From a virus, in IMG/VR virus record IMGVR_UViG_3300044701_004608, positions 32,001 through 96,000 of that record: 64,000 bases of DNA; one strand, 5' to 3'. A model generated the notes under the pieces. The model saw nothing but the letters and a program-made list of their open reading frames with translations, did no database searches and was not told the origin of the DNA. The first letter of the stretch is position 1. Every line of letters starts with the position of its first letter. A program made the translations under genes and the position numbers. Positions 24,341-32,289 of the stretch are shown here, one piece after another.

Positions 24341-24955
24341 TCACGTTGCTATGGCAAATCTATCGGGACTCTGTTGTACTATCCCCGAAGCAAACACATG
24401 GGCCAATTGTCTAGCTGTGTCGAAGCATCTGTCAGTCGCAGTGAGATCCTCGTTCCAGTTTTTAATCAACCTCATATTGATCTGCGAAAACCATGTCTCT
24501 ACTAAATCCATCAATTGATTTTTGATATTGAGCATGTTCCATGCTCCGGGATTGAGTGTAGACATGAGATCAAATAATTCAGATGCACTGTTTTTTAATT
24601 TAGTCACTAAATCCTGCACGAACATGTCTGTGTTGATATTAAAATTTACCGGAGGTTTCTTGATATAATCTAACAACTGTATCATTTCAGTAGTCTGTGC
24701 CTCCATGATAGTACGCCATCGCTGTGCTGAATCAGTACCATAGTAATCATTGATGGTATCGAAAAAATCAGAGATGTTAGCCATGACCCATTCTCTCGTG
24801 ACTGGCATCTCAGGCATCCCATTCATTACAGCTACTAGGTGGCTACGATTTCGCCAGACATAATCGTTCCAGAGGTCGCGGGACCTGGCATGGAAATTGC
24901 CTACTTTGGCAGGATCTTCTTGGAAGTATTGTGTTGTGGTGACTTTGTAAACCAT
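24341..24955 (-). CDS. Helical-bundle protein A (paralog of 19618..20400)
   Basis: MVYK start; RDLWNDYVWRNRSHL..DYYG..LNPGAWN..LAHVFASGIVQQSPDRF. Confidence 0.75.
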   Translation of the reverse strand: MVYKVTTTQYFQEDPAKVGNFHARSRDLWNDYVWRNRSHLVAVMNGMPEMPVTREWVMANISDFFDTINDYYGTDSAQRWRTIMEAQTTEMIQLLDYIKKPPVNFNINTDMFVQDLVTKLKNSASELFDLMSTLNPGAWNMLNIKNQLMDLVETWFSQINMRLIKNWNEDLTATDRCFDTARQLAHVFASGIVQQSPDRFAIAT

Positions 24956-24957
24956 TT

Positions 24958-25638
24958 TTATAACCTCGCTCCATTGTTGACTGCCAGGGCCAGTTGTGTA
25001 CGGTTCCTGACACCGTATCGTTTCAAGATGGCACTGACATGTATTTTCACTGTGCTTTCTGATATGTTGAGTTGGCGTGCGATGGCTTTGTTTGACAAGC
25101 CTCGTTCGCACAACAGTTTCTGTACTTCTTGCTGACGATCTGTGAGTGTGACTTCGTCGCTGTGCGATTTGGTGTCTGCTTTAGAAGTCTGCTCCATACA
25201 TTCACGGGGCCAGAAATCCTGACCTTTGGTGAACATCTCTTCATAGGCTCGCTGATTCAGATAATAGTCGAAATCGTCGATGTGTGGGATCACTCCCGAG
25301 ATGCCCATGTCCTTGAATGCTTTGACCTGTTGCCGTGTCAAGGGAGTCCTTAATAATACCAGGAATTTGCTATCCACTTCGCCGAATCGACAATCAAGGA
25401 ATATCTTGAAACCCAGCACGAGGTCCCGGAATCGTTCGTTAAATTCATCGACGATGTTTTGATCGATGGAGATGAACTTGGGGGGCGAGTCGAGATGGGA
25501 GATGAACCCAAACGCTTGCCTGACATTGTTGGCCGACAAGGGTTGGAACCCAAACTGTTTGCCTCGGTCATTGAATACCTGTGATTGTTTTAGATTCGCA
25601 GAGATCCTCAATCCCAGTGGTGTGTTTTCCGTGTGCAT
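24958..25638 (-). CDS. NarL/LuxR-family transcriptional regulator with degenerate receiver-like N-terminus
   Basis: [45 protein letters not shown]; start MHTENT with AAAGGA SD. Confidence 0.88.
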   Translation of the reverse strand: MHTENTPLGLRISANLKQSQVFNDRGKQFGFQPLSANNVRQAFGFISHLDSPPKFISIDQNIVDEFNERFRDLVLGFKIFLDCRFGEVDSKFLVLLRTPLTRQQVKAFKDMGISGVIPHIDDFDYYLNQRAYEEMFTKGQDFWPRECMEQTSKADTKSHSDEVTLTDRQQEVQKLLCERGLSNKAIARQLNISESTVKIHVSAILKRYGVRNRTQLALAVNNGARL

Positions 25639-25841
25639 TAGAATTCCTTTTCTTACATAGATACTTACATCGTAGAAGCCAAGGAAAACTAGTACTTGGA
25701 CGCGGGTCATACTTCATTAGGGTCTCGGTATGACTGTTGTATACAAAGATACACGATATTTTTTCACAGTCAATACTCCCGGGAGTATGTATTTCGTCGT
25801 GCGGCACAACACGCATTAAGATATTTTGACACATCCACCAC

Positions 25842-25867
25842 AAAAAAAAACGGCACCTTAGTGCCGT
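25842..25867 (-). terminator. Intrinsic terminator
   Basis: ACGGCAC-TAAG-GTGCCGT followed by a T run. Confidence 0.8.
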
Positions 25868-25880
25868 CAATAACTATATG

Positions 25881-26213
25881 TCAGTGTGTGTTGAGACTTG
25901 GTGAATATTGCCGAATCAATTCACGCTCACGGGCATGGGCGGGTTTGCGTCCACGCACGATCTCGATGAGACCGTAAGTGTGAGCTTCGGGGCCATGCTC
26001 TCTAATACTTTCGCATAGTGCCCATGACTTGTTTTCGGTGAGTGCTCTGCGGATGTGCTTCTGGATGCGGATTTTAAGAGCGCGGCGTACTTGGCTACCG
26101 CACACAGTGATGCCGATATACTGCTCGCCAGTCTGGGTGTTAGTGATACAGTAGACAGCATGTTTGGTGTCCTGTCTACGGCGTCTTTTTGGGGTGGGAT
26201 TTCTCATTTCCAT
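25881..26213 (-). CDS. GIY-YIG family nuclease (catalytic domain only)
   Basis: AVYCITN..GEQYIGIT..R..H..A..RERELI....LN. Confidence 0.8.
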   Translation of the reverse strand: MEMRNPTPKRRRRQDTKHAVYCITNTQTGEQYIGITVCGSQVRRALKIRIQKHIRRALTENKSWALCESIREHGPEAHTYGLIEIVRGRKPAHARERELIRQYSPSLNTH

Positions 26214-26219
26214 AATAAT

Positions 26220-26248
26220 ATTATACGAAAATGGGAATAATTGGTCAA
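26220..26248 (-). promoter_or_regulatory. Sigma70-type early promoter
   Basis: TTGACC-17-TATAAT; spacer TTCCCATTT shared with the 62912-62940 promoter. Confidence 0.8.
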
Positions 26249-26254
26249 CCAAAA

Positions 26255-26335
26255 GGTTAGTATGCGCTAACCTATTGATTTTGGGGGGTTAGTGTGTACT
26301 AACTTAGTATTACCTCGGGTTAGTACACACTAACC
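26255..26335. repeat. Three 18-bp palindromic boxes GGTTAGT-N4-(G/A)CTAAC(C/T)
   Basis: Copies at 26255-26272, 26287-26304, 26318-26335. Confidence 0.85.
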
Positions 26336-26374
26336 AATCGCGTTCGCAATATTATTACTATTTGGTCAACCTGT

Positions 26375-26590
26375 TTAATGTAGTGTCCGTTGTCCACCGA
26401 ACTCGTCGATGCCAAACATAGCCAGCAGTTCTATCACGGACTCGGGTACTTCTGTCACGTCGGCCGCATGTGGGATGAAGACGCTTTTGAGTTCCCCATC
26501 TGGACCTAATATAAAACCGTAATCACCTTCGCCTAATTCATCATCGAATGCGTCACCAATGCTGATTTCATTTTCCTGATCTTTTAACAT
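26375..26590 (-). CDS. Small acidic hypothetical protein
   Basis: DYGFILGPDGELKSVFIP. Confidence 0.7.
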   Translation of the reverse strand: MLKDQENEISIGDAFDDELGEGDYGFILGPDGELKSVFIPHAADVTEVPESVIELLAMFGIDEFGGQRTLH

Positions 26591-27194
26591 GGTCTGGCTC
26601 CAGTCGTTTTAGATATTTAACTATTTCTTTTTCGAGTTTTCGTACTATATTTGGATCGGCCACGAAGAGTCCTTCGTAGATTTTGTACATGGCTGTCTCG
26701 TGATAATCGATACCGTGTACTAGAGAATCTGCCGCGATGCTGAATCCGTATGCTTCGATCTCTTCAGTGGCACCTAGATATTCTTGTTCGTTCTTGGTCG
26801 CGGGGTCAGTGTCCTCGCTGATATACGGACGATTTTTTTCTTTCTTGTGATGCTGTTTTTGATGTACATGTTCGTGGCCTACGCATTCCGCGACATCAAA
26901 GGCTAGTCTCTCCCAATCGATGATGTCAACGAAATATACTTCTTGTTGGGGGTGGTAGCAAAGATCTATATCTATCGATGGCTCGCCGACTGATTCGTTC
27001 CAACAATCATATATCCCTGCCACTAATATCATGTCCGGAGCGACCGCTTCATCTCTCACGGTACGGAAACGGTATTCGTGCCCGTGTACTGCCCGGCGCA
27101 ATATCTTCGTGATATCAGACGGTGACTTTTTTTGACCATGATACCTACCAGGGATATCTAGTATCCTGCGGTACAGGTCAAAAAAGTCGTACAT
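26568..27194 (-). CDS. Zincin-like metallopeptidase-fold protein
   Basis: HEHVH (HExxH) and downstream YL...EIEAY. Confidence 0.65.
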   Translation of the reverse strand: MYDFFDLYRRILDIPGRYHGQKKSPSDITKILRRAVHGHEYRFRTVRDEAVAPDMILVAGIYDCWNESVGEPSIDIDLCYHPQQEVYFVDIIDWERLAFDVAECVGHEHVHQKQHHKKEKNRPYISEDTDPATKNEQEYLGATEEIEAYGFSIAADSLVHGIDYHETAMYKIYEGLFVADPNIVRKLEKEIVKYLKRLEPDHVKRSGK

Positions 27195-27201
27195 CTATCT
27201 A

Positions 27202-27507
27202 TTATTTGAAAAGTATCAGTGCCATCAACGATGCTTGGATCACGAAACCGATGCTGATAGTGATCATTATCACCAGGTCTTTGACTAATATAGATCTGAT
27301 GAAATATAACAGCAATGATGTCCATACGAAAAACACGACATCTATGCTTGGTACTTTATCAGTCAGTCCTTTGAGCACGGCCAGCAGGCTTGGGATAGTC
27401 GCCGCATGTAACATCACGACAGCGAGCCAACCCATGGTGTCTGCGCCCATGCGGCCGAGATTGGTTTTAAGATAATTCTTTGCGGTATCAAACAATGATT
27501 TAAACAT
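27202..27507 (-). CDS. Three-TM membrane protein
   Basis: Hydrophobic; translationally coupled to the SleB-like gene. Confidence 0.75.
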   Translation of the reverse strand: MFKSLFDTAKNYLKTNLGRMGADTMGWLAVVMLHAATIPSLLAVLKGLTDKVPSIDVVFFVWTSLLLYFIRSILVKDLVIMITISIGFVIQASLMALILFK

Positions 27508-28106
27508 CAGATATCCTTACTTTTATCTTTGTAAAAAATATGTCTACCGATCTTGGTGATCTTTTCTTTGTTCCAGCGAGGGTTGACATAATCGGCATGA
27601 TAATACAAGGCGCTATTGAGTCCGGGAAGTCTAAAGTTTTCTAATAGCACACGTTTGGCTACATCATAGCTTTCTTGGTAGACCGTATCATTGACTGGTC
27701 GCTGGCGATGCGTGCCATCACAGTACCAGCTGAACTGGCAGACCACTTTTTCATAGACGATATTCTTTTGATAAACTACCTGGCAGATCTCGCTGGGGAA
27801 TTGTCCCGAAGCGGCCCGGTTCAATGTCACTTGGGCGACTGCTACTTTGCCTTCGAATGATTCATATCCTGCTTCTTTGTAGATATTCATCGCCAAGCAT
27901 GAAAGTTGTTTGTCCCGGTCGGCCATGGTCACGAAATTCTGTTTCCAGGGTGCGCCGGACGATTTGAGTTTGTCGAACTTGTGATCAGTCACGAAGGTGA
28001 TCACCGAAACTGCTAATACCACAGAGACGAAGGCCATGAATACTTCTACCAACATCTCCACTACTTTTGAAGTCGACGAATCATCTGCTAATGTTACGAA
28101 TTGCAT
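27507..28106 (-). CDS. Cell wall hydrolase SleB/Hydrolase_2 family with N-terminal TM
   Basis: CLAMNIYKEA, GKVAVAQVTLNR, CQFSWYC, YYHADYVNPRW, IGRHIFY. Confidence 0.92.
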   Translation of the reverse strand: MQFVTLADDSSTSKVVEMLVEVFMAFVSVVLAVSVITFVTDHKFDKLKSSGAPWKQNFVTMADRDKQLSCLAMNIYKEAGYESFEGKVAVAQVTLNRAASGQFPSEICQVVYQKNIVYEKVVCQFSWYCDGTHRQRPVNDTVYQESYDVAKRVLLENFRLPGLNSALYYHADYVNPRWNKEKITKIGRHIFYKDKSKDI

Positions 28107-28193
28107 TGTTTTCGTTCTCCTTTTTTAAGAGTCTAAGTTATGTAGTGCTCTATAGTGATAGAAAAACACCGCTATAACCCAATATAATAGTAT

Positions 28194-28222
28194 ATTATAG
28201 CGGTTTTTTAGTACGAAATCAA
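28194..28222 (-). promoter_or_regulatory. Sigma70-type promoter with overlapping inverted repeat
   Basis: TTGATT-17-TATAAT; ACCGCTATAA (about 28168) / TTATAGCGGT (about 28195). Confidence 0.6.
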
Positions 28223-28247
28223 GGTTTTCTGGGGTTTTAATCTGGGC

Positions 28248-30233
28248 TTATGTAGCCAGATTACGGCCTTCGTAGAGAGCGGCGATCACAGCATCACCAC
28301 CTCTGGAATCTGCGGATAGGCCCAATTCTTCGATGAATCGGCCCAAACCTAAGTTCTGTTTGTCCACACCATATTGATGTAGTTTTTCAGCGAAACCGGT
28401 CACTCCCATATATCCAGTGGGGCCATCGTATTTGAGATTTATGCTGGCGGCGGTGAGTGCGCCTTGCTCTTGATCCAGCGCCATTTGTATCTGGGCCAAC
28501 GCTTTATTGACTTTATCTACATCAACTGGATTTGGTAATGTCTTCGAAACAGAAACTAGATATTGTAGATGCTCGAGTATAGGGCCCTCTGAGGATATAG
28601 ATCCCAACATCTGGAATACGCCCGGAGTTCCGTTTGGTGTGGCTGTTGCTGGAACAGGTGGCTCTTCGGGGCGCGGAGAACCGATAGCCGCCAGATCAGG
28701 CAGACCACGATTCAGACGTTCAGTGTTCACACGATCCCAAACGATATGGTCATCACCGGTATAAGTGAGATCCTCGTCAGGTGTTTTCGTGTACAACGAT
28801 GTATCGATGGCGCCACCGGCTGCGAATCCGTCCATCTTTAATGGAATGCTAGGGACGCCAGGTATGTTAGGTACCTTGGGTATATGTCCGGGCATCGATG
28901 GTGCGCTGAGATTTTTAGGAATGCTTATACCCGACAAGGAGAACATCTCCGATAGCCCTTCCCGTGACTCGTCGGGTACCAATGCTTCATTCATCGGTGG
29001 CAGGGATAACGATGTAAATTTACCTTTGAGAGAATCGCTGAGTTGGCTGAAATCGGGAGGGGCTGCCATGAGATGCTTGAGATCAGGGACTTTAGTTCCA
29101 GAAAGTTTTTTCCCGATATCCGAGAAATTTCCAGTACCAGCTACTGTTTGTAATCCAGCGCCTAACGACGACATATCTCCGCCACCGGAAAAACTGGTAG
29201 ATGATGCTTCTGCATCTTTCTCAGGTTGTGGGGATCCAATCTCTTCTAGCCCGGGCAAGTTTCTTTTAAGACGCTCAGCATTGACCCTCTCCCATACGAT
29301 ATAATCGTCCCCGGTGTAAGTGAGATCCTCGTCGGCGGTTTTAGCATAAAGTGCTCCTGTAAACGGGACATCAAATTTTGGAGCGCCGGCTGCTGATGGT
29401 GTCGCTGACAACGCGGCCGGAGAAAGTACTTTAGAAGCATCAAGCGCATCGCCAAGATTACCTAGTTTTTCTACTGGGAATCCGGTCGACCTTCCTACCG
29501 CTAAAAGGTCGCTGCCCCCGACTTCCGACAAGACTTTTTTCAAAGTAGTTTCGTCATCGTCTGACAGGTCGTTGATATCAATGCCTGCGCTCGATAGTCT
29601 TTCAGTGACCGAACTAGGTAATGCTCCTTGGGCACTGAGGTTCTTAATCAATGATGAAGCTTTGCCTAAGTCAGCTAGGGAATTAGTATCATACATAGAA
29701 CCAAATCCCTTGAGGTTGTCCCCCAACTTGGACATAGCAGCGGCTCCGCCGGGGAAAGAACCAGTCTTGCCGCCTGTGACGAGATCCTGAATATTATTGA
29801 TGTTGGGACCAAAGTCAGTGAATGATTTAAAAGAGTTTAAGGCCGCGGCCGAATCTAATATACCATTACTAGTGGCAGATGCCCCGCTCGATGCCTGGAA
29901 GATACTGACGAATCTTCGTATCGCTTGTTCATCGGGTACGATCTGATATGTTCCCTGGTCATCGAATTGGACTGTGCCTAACAAACGTCCAATACGTGCT
30001 CGAAGATTACCTAGAACGACCGACCGTGGTAGATCTGCTAAATCTGATGCTCCAGGCCATAACTCGGTCACTGTTGGTTCTTCGCCTTCGGCGACAGGAG
30101 TACTACTCGTACCAGTCCACTCTTCGAGCTTTTTACAATCCACGATAGCATCTAGTATGTCTCTAGATGGTGCTAGTCCATCACCTTTGAGCAGGAAATC
30201 CATCGCTAATAAAACTATAGGAGTCTGTGCCAT
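28248..30233 (-). CDS. Large virion-associated hypothetical protein with a two-copy internal repeat
   Basis: Follows PAAR; Gly/Ser/Leu-rich; repeat LYxKTxDEDLTYTGDDxIVWxRVNxERLxRxLP. Confidence 0.75.
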   Translation of the reverse strand: MAQTPIVLLAMDFLLKGDGLAPSRDILDAIVDCKKLEEWTGTSSTPVAEGEEPTVTELWPGASDLADLPRSVVLGNLRARIGRLLGTVQFDDQGTYQIVPDEQAIRRFVSIFQASSGASATSNGILDSAAALNSFKSFTDFGPNINNIQDLVTGGKTGSFPGGAAAMSKLGDNLKGFGSMYDTNSLADLGKASSLIKNLSAQGALPSSVTERLSSAGIDINDLSDDDETTLKKVLSEVGGSDLLAVGRSTGFPVEKLGNLGDALDASKVLSPAALSATPSAAGAPKFDVPFTGALYAKTADEDLTYTGDDYIVWERVNAERLKRNLPGLEEIGSPQPEKDAEASSTSFSGGGDMSSLGAGLQTVAGTGNFSDIGKKLSGTKVPDLKHLMAAPPDFSQLSDSLKGKFTSLSLPPMNEALVPDESREGLSEMFSLSGISIPKNLSAPSMPGHIPKVPNIPGVPSIPLKMDGFAAGGAIDTSLYTKTPDEDLTYTGDDHIVWDRVNTERLNRGLPDLAAIGSPRPEEPPVPATATPNGTPGVFQMLGSISSEGPILEHLQYLVSVSKTLPNPVDVDKVNKALAQIQMALDQEQGALTAASINLKYDGPTGYMGVTGFAEKLHQYGVDKQNLGLGRFIEELGLSADSRGGDAVIAALYEGRNLAT

Positions 30234-30234
30234 G

Positions 30235-30522
30235 TTAACCTCCTATATCTACATCAGGGCTTCCAGCAGCAACGATGTGACCACATTCAAATGGGTCTCC
30301 GACTCGCGCGGCGGCACGGCCTTCAATGAATACTGTTGACGATGCCGCCACGATGGGATTAGGCACATGCGGTGGGTGAGGAGGACCATAAGGCGCATGG
30401 TCTACGTCTAAGCTGCCTATAATAGCCGCAGGAAGACCGTTAGTAAACACGGTAGTAGCGACGTCGGCGTTGACCATTCCGTCACTATTATCTGGGTCTG
30501 TTTTTCTTGCGGCCGCCGGCAT
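30235..30522 (-). CDS. PAAR-motif baseplate spike tip protein (gp5.4-like)
   Basis: MPAAAR, TVFTNGLPAA, VFIEGRAAARVGD...CGH, GSPDV. Confidence 0.9.
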   Translation of the reverse strand: MPAAARKTDPDNSDGMVNADVATTVFTNGLPAAIIGSLDVDHAPYGPPHPPHVPNPIVAASSTVFIEGRAAARVGDPFECGHIVAAGSPDVDIGG

Positions 30523-30812
30523 TATAGTGCGATTCCCGTTGTAGTCTGTATGTAATGATTCTTGATCGCATCGCTGGTCAATGCCATCATCATGATATGT
30601 TGACGCAGTAATTCGATAGGCTTACCATTGTCCACGCTGAACATCACTGGCATGATTCCCAGACCGTTTTGATTAGGGATTACCACGAAGGGTTTTTCGA
30701 TCTTGAATCCGTCGCTGATTTTTTCCGTGACTTTGGCCACGATCTCGTCACCATTGACGAGCTTGAATGACACGACGTCATTGACGTCTATAGTTGAAGG
30801 GCTGATTAACAT
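30522..30812 (-). CDS. Sm-like conserved T4-like phage protein
   Basis: VSFKLVNGDEIVAK; Y..TTTGI C-terminus. Confidence 0.7.
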   Translation of the reverse strand: MLISPSTIDVNDVVSFKLVNGDEIVAKVTEKISDGFKIEKPFVVIPNQNGLGIMPVMFSVDNGKPIELLRQHIMMMALTSDAIKNHYIQTTTGIAL

Positions 30813-31060
30813 TATCTTCCTAATCTCTCATTGAGTTCTTCTGTGGATAGTTTTGAAAGGCCCATCCAACCGCCTTCTACGAATAATTCACCGTCTTTAT
30901 AGATCTGTGGTACAGTACGATGATTCTGGCTACGCAAAAATTCTCTCGCAGCTTCGTCCTCTTCGATGTTGACTTCCTGGAAGTCGATACCACGGGCCTT
31001 TAGCAAATTCTTGGCGTTGACGCAGTAAGGGCACACGGTTTTTGAATAAACAGTCAGCAT
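30812..31060 (-). CDS. Glutaredoxin
   Basis: CPYC, TVPQI, GG. Confidence 0.93.
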   Translation of the reverse strand: MLTVYSKTVCPYCVNAKNLLKARGIDFQEVNIEEDEAAREFLRSQNHRTVPQIYKDGELFVEGGWMGLSKLSTEELNERLGR

Positions 31061-31144
31061 TTTTTACCTCTTTGTTATTGTTTTTCATAGGAAAAGCCAG
31101 CGCAATATCCTTGTTAGATATTTATCGCTGGCTTTCTTGGGGGT

Positions 31145-32269
31145 TTAAAGACTGAAACCTTTAAAGGTGTCGTTGGTGACGTCCTGTTTGGTTCCGCCTA
31201 TCACATAGGTGGTGATTTCAGTTTCTTGTGGTGCCACTTGTACTTCGGCACCGGCGATCCACTTAGCGGTCCATGGCAATGGGTTCGAGCCAGGTTTGAT
31301 GCCACAGTTGAGTCCCACAGCAGTCATGCGCTTACACAATACCCAGTCCACATAGTCGCAGAGAAGTTGCTTGTTCAAGCCGATCATGCTGCCGTCTTTG
31401 AACAAATATTCAGCCCAGGACTTTTCCTGCTCGGCGGCTTCGAAATAGATCTGTTCGCATTCTCTCTGGGTCTCTTCGCGGATCTCAGCAAACTCCGGGT
31501 CATCTTGTGGCAGCAATTTGAGTAAGGTTTGCGTGGACCCTAAATGTATGTTTTCATCCCGGCAGATGAGCTTGATGATCTTGGCATTGCCTTCCATCTT
31601 CTTGAGTTCAGCGAAGGCCCAGGAGCAAGCGAACGAAACATAAAAACGGATGCCTTCTAGGGCATTCACTGATGTCAGTGCCAACCACAGTTTCTTCTTG
31701 AGATCTCTGCGATCGACTACTACTGTTTGACCATTGACAGTGTGAGTACCTTCGCCCAAGACTTGATACCATTGGCTAGCATCGATGAGTTCATCATAGT
31801 AACGGCTGATGCCAACGGCACAGTCCACGATCTCTTTGGTGTCCAAGAGTTCGTCGAAGATCTTAGAAGGATCCGAATACACGTTACGGATGATGTGGGT
31901 GTAACTGCGACTGTGGATGGTCTCGTTGAACGCCCAAGTCTCGATCCAAGTCTCTAGTTCAGGTAGGCTGGCCAGTGGCAGGAATGCCAGATTGGGACTG
32001 CGGCCTTGTACCGAGTCCAGGAGGATCTGGCGCTTGAGGTTTGAAGTGAAAATGTGTTGTTCGTGCTCTGTGAGTTCTTTGAAGTCCTTGGCGTCACGCA
32101 AGACGTCGACTTCTTCGGGTCTCCAGAAAAAGCCTAATTGTTTGTCTGTGAGTTTGTCAAATTGTCTGTATTTTAATGTTTCGTAGCGTTGTATGCCCAC
32201 TGGACCGTTAGGGTCTAGGAAGGCCAGTGCCTTGGTATGGTCAGATGATTTAGTATTGAATACGGTCAT
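31145..32269 (-). CDS. nrdB: Class Ia ribonucleotide reductase beta subunit
   Basis: FFWRPEE, DSVQGR, ETIHSRSYTH, EGIRFYVSF, DENIH, VAPQETE. Confidence 0.97.
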   Translation of the reverse strand: MTVFNTKSSDHTKALAFLDPNGPVGIQRYETLKYRQFDKLTDKQLGFFWRPEEVDVLRDAKDFKELTEHEQHIFTSNLKRQILLDSVQGRSPNLAFLPLASLPELETWIETWAFNETIHSRSYTHIIRNVYSDPSKIFDELLDTKEIVDCAVGISRYYDELIDASQWYQVLGEGTHTVNGQTVVVDRRDLKKKLWLALTSVNALEGIRFYVSFACSWAFAELKKMEGNAKIIKLICRDENIHLGSTQTLLKLLPQDDPEFAEIREETQRECEQIYFEAAEQEKSWAEYLFKDGSMIGLNKQLLCDYVDWVLCKRMTAVGLNCGIKPGSNPLPWTAKWIAGAEVQVAPQETEITTYVIGGTKQDVTNDTFKGFSL

Positions 32270-32289
32270 TTTTGTTCAGCCTTGTTTTT

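Noticed and set aside
25568-25870. 100-aa ORF upstream of luxR
   Set aside because: Runs through a terminator and a palindrome-rich regulatory region; no SD or recognisable motif
26255-26335. Mini CRISPR array
   Set aside because: Repeats are 18 bp with only 13-14 bp between them, far too short for spacers; no cas genes nearby
31074-31136. Leader peptide MKKQ* and inverted repeat upstream of glutaredoxin as an attenuator
   Set aside because: The inverted repeat AAAGCCAGCG/CGCTGGCTTT around a TAAATA is real, but a 4-codon ORF is expected by chance and nothing supports its translation
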